Assembly: GCF_003704095.1 (NCBI RefSeq)
Contig: NW_020845831.1
Span: forward strand, 124,001-188,000
Direction: 5' to 3'
From: Pocillopora damicornis
Taxonomy: Eukaryota
DNA: 64,000 bases
In this document: in pieces, positions 49,177 through 64,000 of the stretch
Numbering within the stretch: position 1 is the stretch's first letter
Layout: each line of letters begins with the position of its first letter
Translations under genes and position numbers: made by a program
The notes under the pieces: model-generated
Databases searched by the model: none
What the model saw: the letters and a program-made list of their open reading frames with translations, nothing else
Told to the model about the DNA's origin: nothing

Positions 49177-50156
49177 CTATTCTCCATGCCCTACTTGCAA
49201 ATAAATCTTCCCTTAAGTGAACTGAAGTTTCAAACGCCATCGCTTTGGCAGTACACACTGAGAATACCTTGATTGTAGACGGCATTTGTAGCACGACTTC
49301 CTTGAACTAGCACCGAGTTGTTAGGGGGAGCTATGGAGAGTGGTAAGGACACCAAGCCACTAACAACAGTAAATTCTGGGCATACAGGATAACTGACAGT
49401 GACAGATTAAATGAAGTTACATGAACCCTGGTTATGGAAAGCCAGAACGATATGCACTCCTTTAACTCCAACGACTTCTTAAATCATGACAACAACGTAT
49501 CTAAAAACAATGACCTCTCATTTGTTTAGAAGAACATTTTTTATTGATGTTTTTAATCACAAATCAGTGTGTAGATCCAAATCCAAATGTACTTCCGAGA
49601 TAGTCGTCATTTTCCTATCGCGGCATTTGCATACTTGATGGCTGATCTTTAAAGTAAAACAAAGAAAACTAAAAATCATTTTAAAGTGCTCCATTTAATA
49701 AAATTATGAAAAAAAATAACTCATGTGCACTGCTCAAAAACCGACCGGTTTCCGAATACATATAATGAAGGGCTTTTTGATGGGAAGTCAAGTATAACCG
49801 ATTCATTGAAACATTTGCGTCCATGCACAAATCAAAATTTTTCACATTATACACCTTCCGGCCGGCAAATGATATGTGCGTATAAATCTAATATGTATTT
49901 TTCAAGTAGTTTTCCAGTTTCAGAATCTTGGGTCTGATACAGTAAGTCTTAAAATAGAAACATTTTTCCGGGTGGCAAACTCCCGTTCCAACATGGATTG
50001 TTGAGAAGGCAACTAGAACAATAACATATGGTTTGCAATCTTAACTAGAGGATTATTGTACGGAAGGAGGGTACACCAACGGGTCCACTAGGTGCCGGCC
50101 TTGCTATTGTCCAGTCACTCCATTTTTTCATTCTATCGGCCTCTTATTTAGATACG
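49177..50156 (-). pseudogene. Relic of a fourth, RTK-B-like paralog (exon 2 and the 3' part of the ligand-binding/Cys-rich exon)
   Basis: 49470-49177 translates to [42 protein letters not shown]...CQSDGV*NFSSLKGRFICK*GMEN (3 stops), collinear with 42653-42945. 50156-50075 is a copy of exon 45128-45049 with a stop and a frameshift. Neighbouring intron sequence also aligns to 43600-45260. Confidence 0.88.
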
Positions 50157-50189
50157 CTATAAAGGAAACCCGTCGGTTTGTGAGCGGTA

Positions 50190-50609
50190 CATATGAGTTA
50201 TTGACTGAGTGTGAGGTCAAGAAGGCTGGATATTGGGCAAAAATAGAACGAGACGAATATGCAGCCATCTTGACCGAACGCTTGGTCAATAAAGGATTTC
50301 ATATATTGCCAAAATATTTCGCTTATTTAGAATCAAGAATTACCTGTTTATTTCGAGAGGCGAGAAAGAAAGCCAACCATTTTTGTAGCACTATAAACCC
50401 CCGAGAGTCGTTTATGTTTTCTTAGTCCTGACTGTATTCGGCAGGTTTTAGCGACTTCATCTCCGACCCTGTCCAAAAATTACGAACTTTTTAGTAAGTT
50501 CGTTCCAAGCAATTTTACTTTCTTGCGCGGGAGCAAAGTAGGTAATCCCGAGCGGGCAAGATGGGGCTATGTTGCCCGCTCAAGTACCCAATCAGAACTG
50601 CTAGCGATA
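50190..50609. mobile_element. ~420-bp non-autonomous insertion in the RTK relic
   Basis: Absent from the paralogous site in gene B (45150-45170, atatgag|taacaaatct). Internal inverted repeats ggtcaagaaggctggatatt/aatatgcagccatcttgacc and gagcgggcaa/ttgcccgctc. Confidence 0.65.
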
Positions 50610-53225
50610 TAACAAATCTCTTTTACAAAGCGCTTGAATTTTGTTCATTTGTGTATGCATTAGCCTCGAAGTGGAAGTGGAACCATTTGACCCTTACGAC
50701 GTTTTGACTGATGAGTACATGGCATGGTATAATGGCGGAAGAAGAGAAGTTTTTGCGTTGCAAAATCAAACAGATACTGAGTACAATACGCTCAAAAGGC
50801 ATACAAAATATGCACACAGAGGTAGACCCACACTAAAATATGTCAAGCGTTTTTGGAACTGGTAGGTCCGCGAACCTTATGATAGATCTCCTTACGAGGG
50901 AACATTTATGAATGAATCTTTCATCGAGAAACATGCTACAAACGCAAATCTCATGGGGTATGTAGACGTGATCGTGAACCCGGTTCACTGATTTTCTGAT
51001 ATTCTGCTTGGCAAGCAGAATATCGATGCGAAGTTTGAAAAGAGTTTAAGGAGCAATAGCAGAAAGGTTAGAGAATTTGTCTATGCATGAAGTTTTTCAT
51101 GTATGCCCATGTCCTCCACATTGTGCTGTTATGTATATGTTTAAAAACTATTAAATAAAAGGAAGGTAAGTTTAACTGTCGAGAAATAATTCGTCAAAGT
51201 ATAAGAAAGATAAAATATCTTGCCGGTCGATATTTAACATTGTTTTCTTTTAGCAAACTGATGTGCTCTTGCAAGAGTGAGGCTCATGTAGCATATTATT
51301 GCAACTATAAATTAAGCAGTGTCTGATTTTGGATTTCCAGCAAGGGGAGGAGTTTGTCCCAGGCGGTTAACAATTTTCAGAGGGACATTTGGTTTTTTTG
51401 GGAATCACTATATATTTTTTTAATCTAATGTACCGGGTGTTATGTTATCAACAAATGCAACGTTTTAGAGTGAATTGAACATACAGTCGTCGTCTAGAGG
51501 AAAAGTTAAATAAGTTAATTAACAGGAGAGTATCAAATCTGAACCGAATTTTACTTGCTTCAATACAGTTTTTCAACTTTCATCTTGAAAATGGAATACA
51601 ATGTGAGCTGCTTGTTCTTTTGTGGATCCTTATGACACCAATCCAGATTAGTAACAAAGTTCGATACAATACAATCATATTCCCTGGATTTTGGTCCTTG
51701 CTTTACTTTTAATTAATATTCTGAAATTTAAACCAAAATATTGTTTTAAGAAAATTTTGTACTAAGATGAATTACATTTTCCTTGTTTCTTTTTCTTTTG
51801 AGACACAATTTGAAGAGCGCCTAAATGACCCAGAACAGGTATTTAGATGAGACATATTTTGAAGGGGATATATTTGCTCTAACCGCGGCAATCCTGCAAT
51901 GGCGCGCTCTAGATCAGACACTGATTAAAAAAAGTACAAAAAAAATTCTGGTCCTCCAAGTGGAAATTTGCAATTATTGTAATTATTAGAGCCTGAATTT
52001 TTTGTTCAGTCTCAACTGCTTCAAACTAACTGGTTATTCAAGGGCAAATGAAAATGGTGGTTTGATTAAAGTGATTTCAATAGGCCTGGGTACTGCTGGT
52101 GAGTCACATGAAAGCTATTGGATGCCAAATGCTTTGTCAACTTTTGTGTCTTGGCATGTTTTAGAGTATTTTTTTATTTTCCCATGAAATTAAAAAATGA
52201 CTATTTAGTTTGTAGTAGTTGATAAAGAACGAAAGAAAACAAAAGATTCACAGTACACCGCTATTAGTTACCCTATTCTTTCAGGAGAATGAAAATCATT
52301 CTAAACACTAACAGATAATTAGTACTCACCATGCAGGGTTAATGAAATCACTCTAACGAATCTACCAAAATGAATTGACTAAAGTATTTCAGCCTTGTAA
52401 CTCCAAGTAAAAGCAAACAAATAGAAGGGTAATAGTACAAAATATGCCAAAGTATATTTCACAGGTTCATGAAAACCACTCTAACAACCCCATAAAATTA
52501 ATAGTTCACCTGCCAATAAGCTTTGGAAGTGACTTTTTGTTTTCTTTTGGTGATAAGAAAACTAAGCGATTGGTTTTCTTGCGTGAGTTAAGCGTCTTAA
52601 CCTTAGCGCTAGGGGCTGTTTATAATGAAAAGCTATCTCAGCCTGGAATCTTTTGTTAACTAAGATGAAGAAAACATAACCTACAACTCTTTAATCCACA
52701 AAACAAATTTTAATCAAGTCAAAACTTAAAATAAAAACTGGAAATAGTGTCTAATAATAAGTAATGAGTAACGATTGAAATAATACCCAATAATATATCG
52801 CGCTACCTCTCTCCACCCAAGATTAGGATCTTCACACTACATAACAAATGCTGATTTCAGCTCCCTGTATACAAATGTGAGAAACCTGCATCTCTGGCAT
52901 ACCAAGACAGAAAATAGTTACAGTATAAACCATTAATTGCATAAAAAACTTGGGCAAATGCAGGCACGAAAAGAAGGGTTTTTTCTGACGGAAAGCCCGA
53001 GTGAACGCAAATATGCGTCTGGTTATCTATTGTACTGATTTAGAACCTTAAATAAGGTTTGCAGTATGTGAGAAATCTCGAGGAAAACTGTGTTAAGTTT
53101 ATAATATCGTATTTTTAACAGTATTTTATTTTATCTGATTTGCCACATTGAAGAGGAAGGATGAAACTAATTCAAACGTGGACGTCCACGTTCCCGTCTT
53201 TATGGAAAAAATTGGACATCTTTCA

Positions 53226-63995
<10,770 letters not shown>

Positions 63996-64000
63996 TTTGC

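Overview
AT-rich, intron-rich animal genomic DNA. It is most likely a stony coral or other cnidarian; this is inferred from the ShKT-bearing proteases and the repeat types and is not proven. All gene models were built by hand from GT..AG sites with reading phases checked. Left to right: (1) the 3' part of an S1 serine protease with a Gly-linker micro-exon and a C-terminal ShKT domain (+); (2) facing it, a complete hemopexin-less matrix metalloproteinase with two ShKT domains (-); (3) a MIIP-family gene (+); (4) a decayed C2H2 zinc-finger array followed by a GC-rich, highly pairable island; (5) from 22 kb to 64 kb, a tandem array of three intact receptor tyrosine kinase genes (-) plus the relic of a fourth. 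The array is the main result. Each receptor joins an Eph-type ectodomain (ligand-binding domain, Cys-rich region, FN3, with Eph-like exon structure) to a RET/FGFR-type kinase (RET-like motifs and exon structure, no Eph juxtamembrane motif, no SAM domain). The ectodomains are highly divergent, the kinases are nearly identical, and the phosphotyrosine sites differ between copies. This suggests a diversifying chimeric receptor family.
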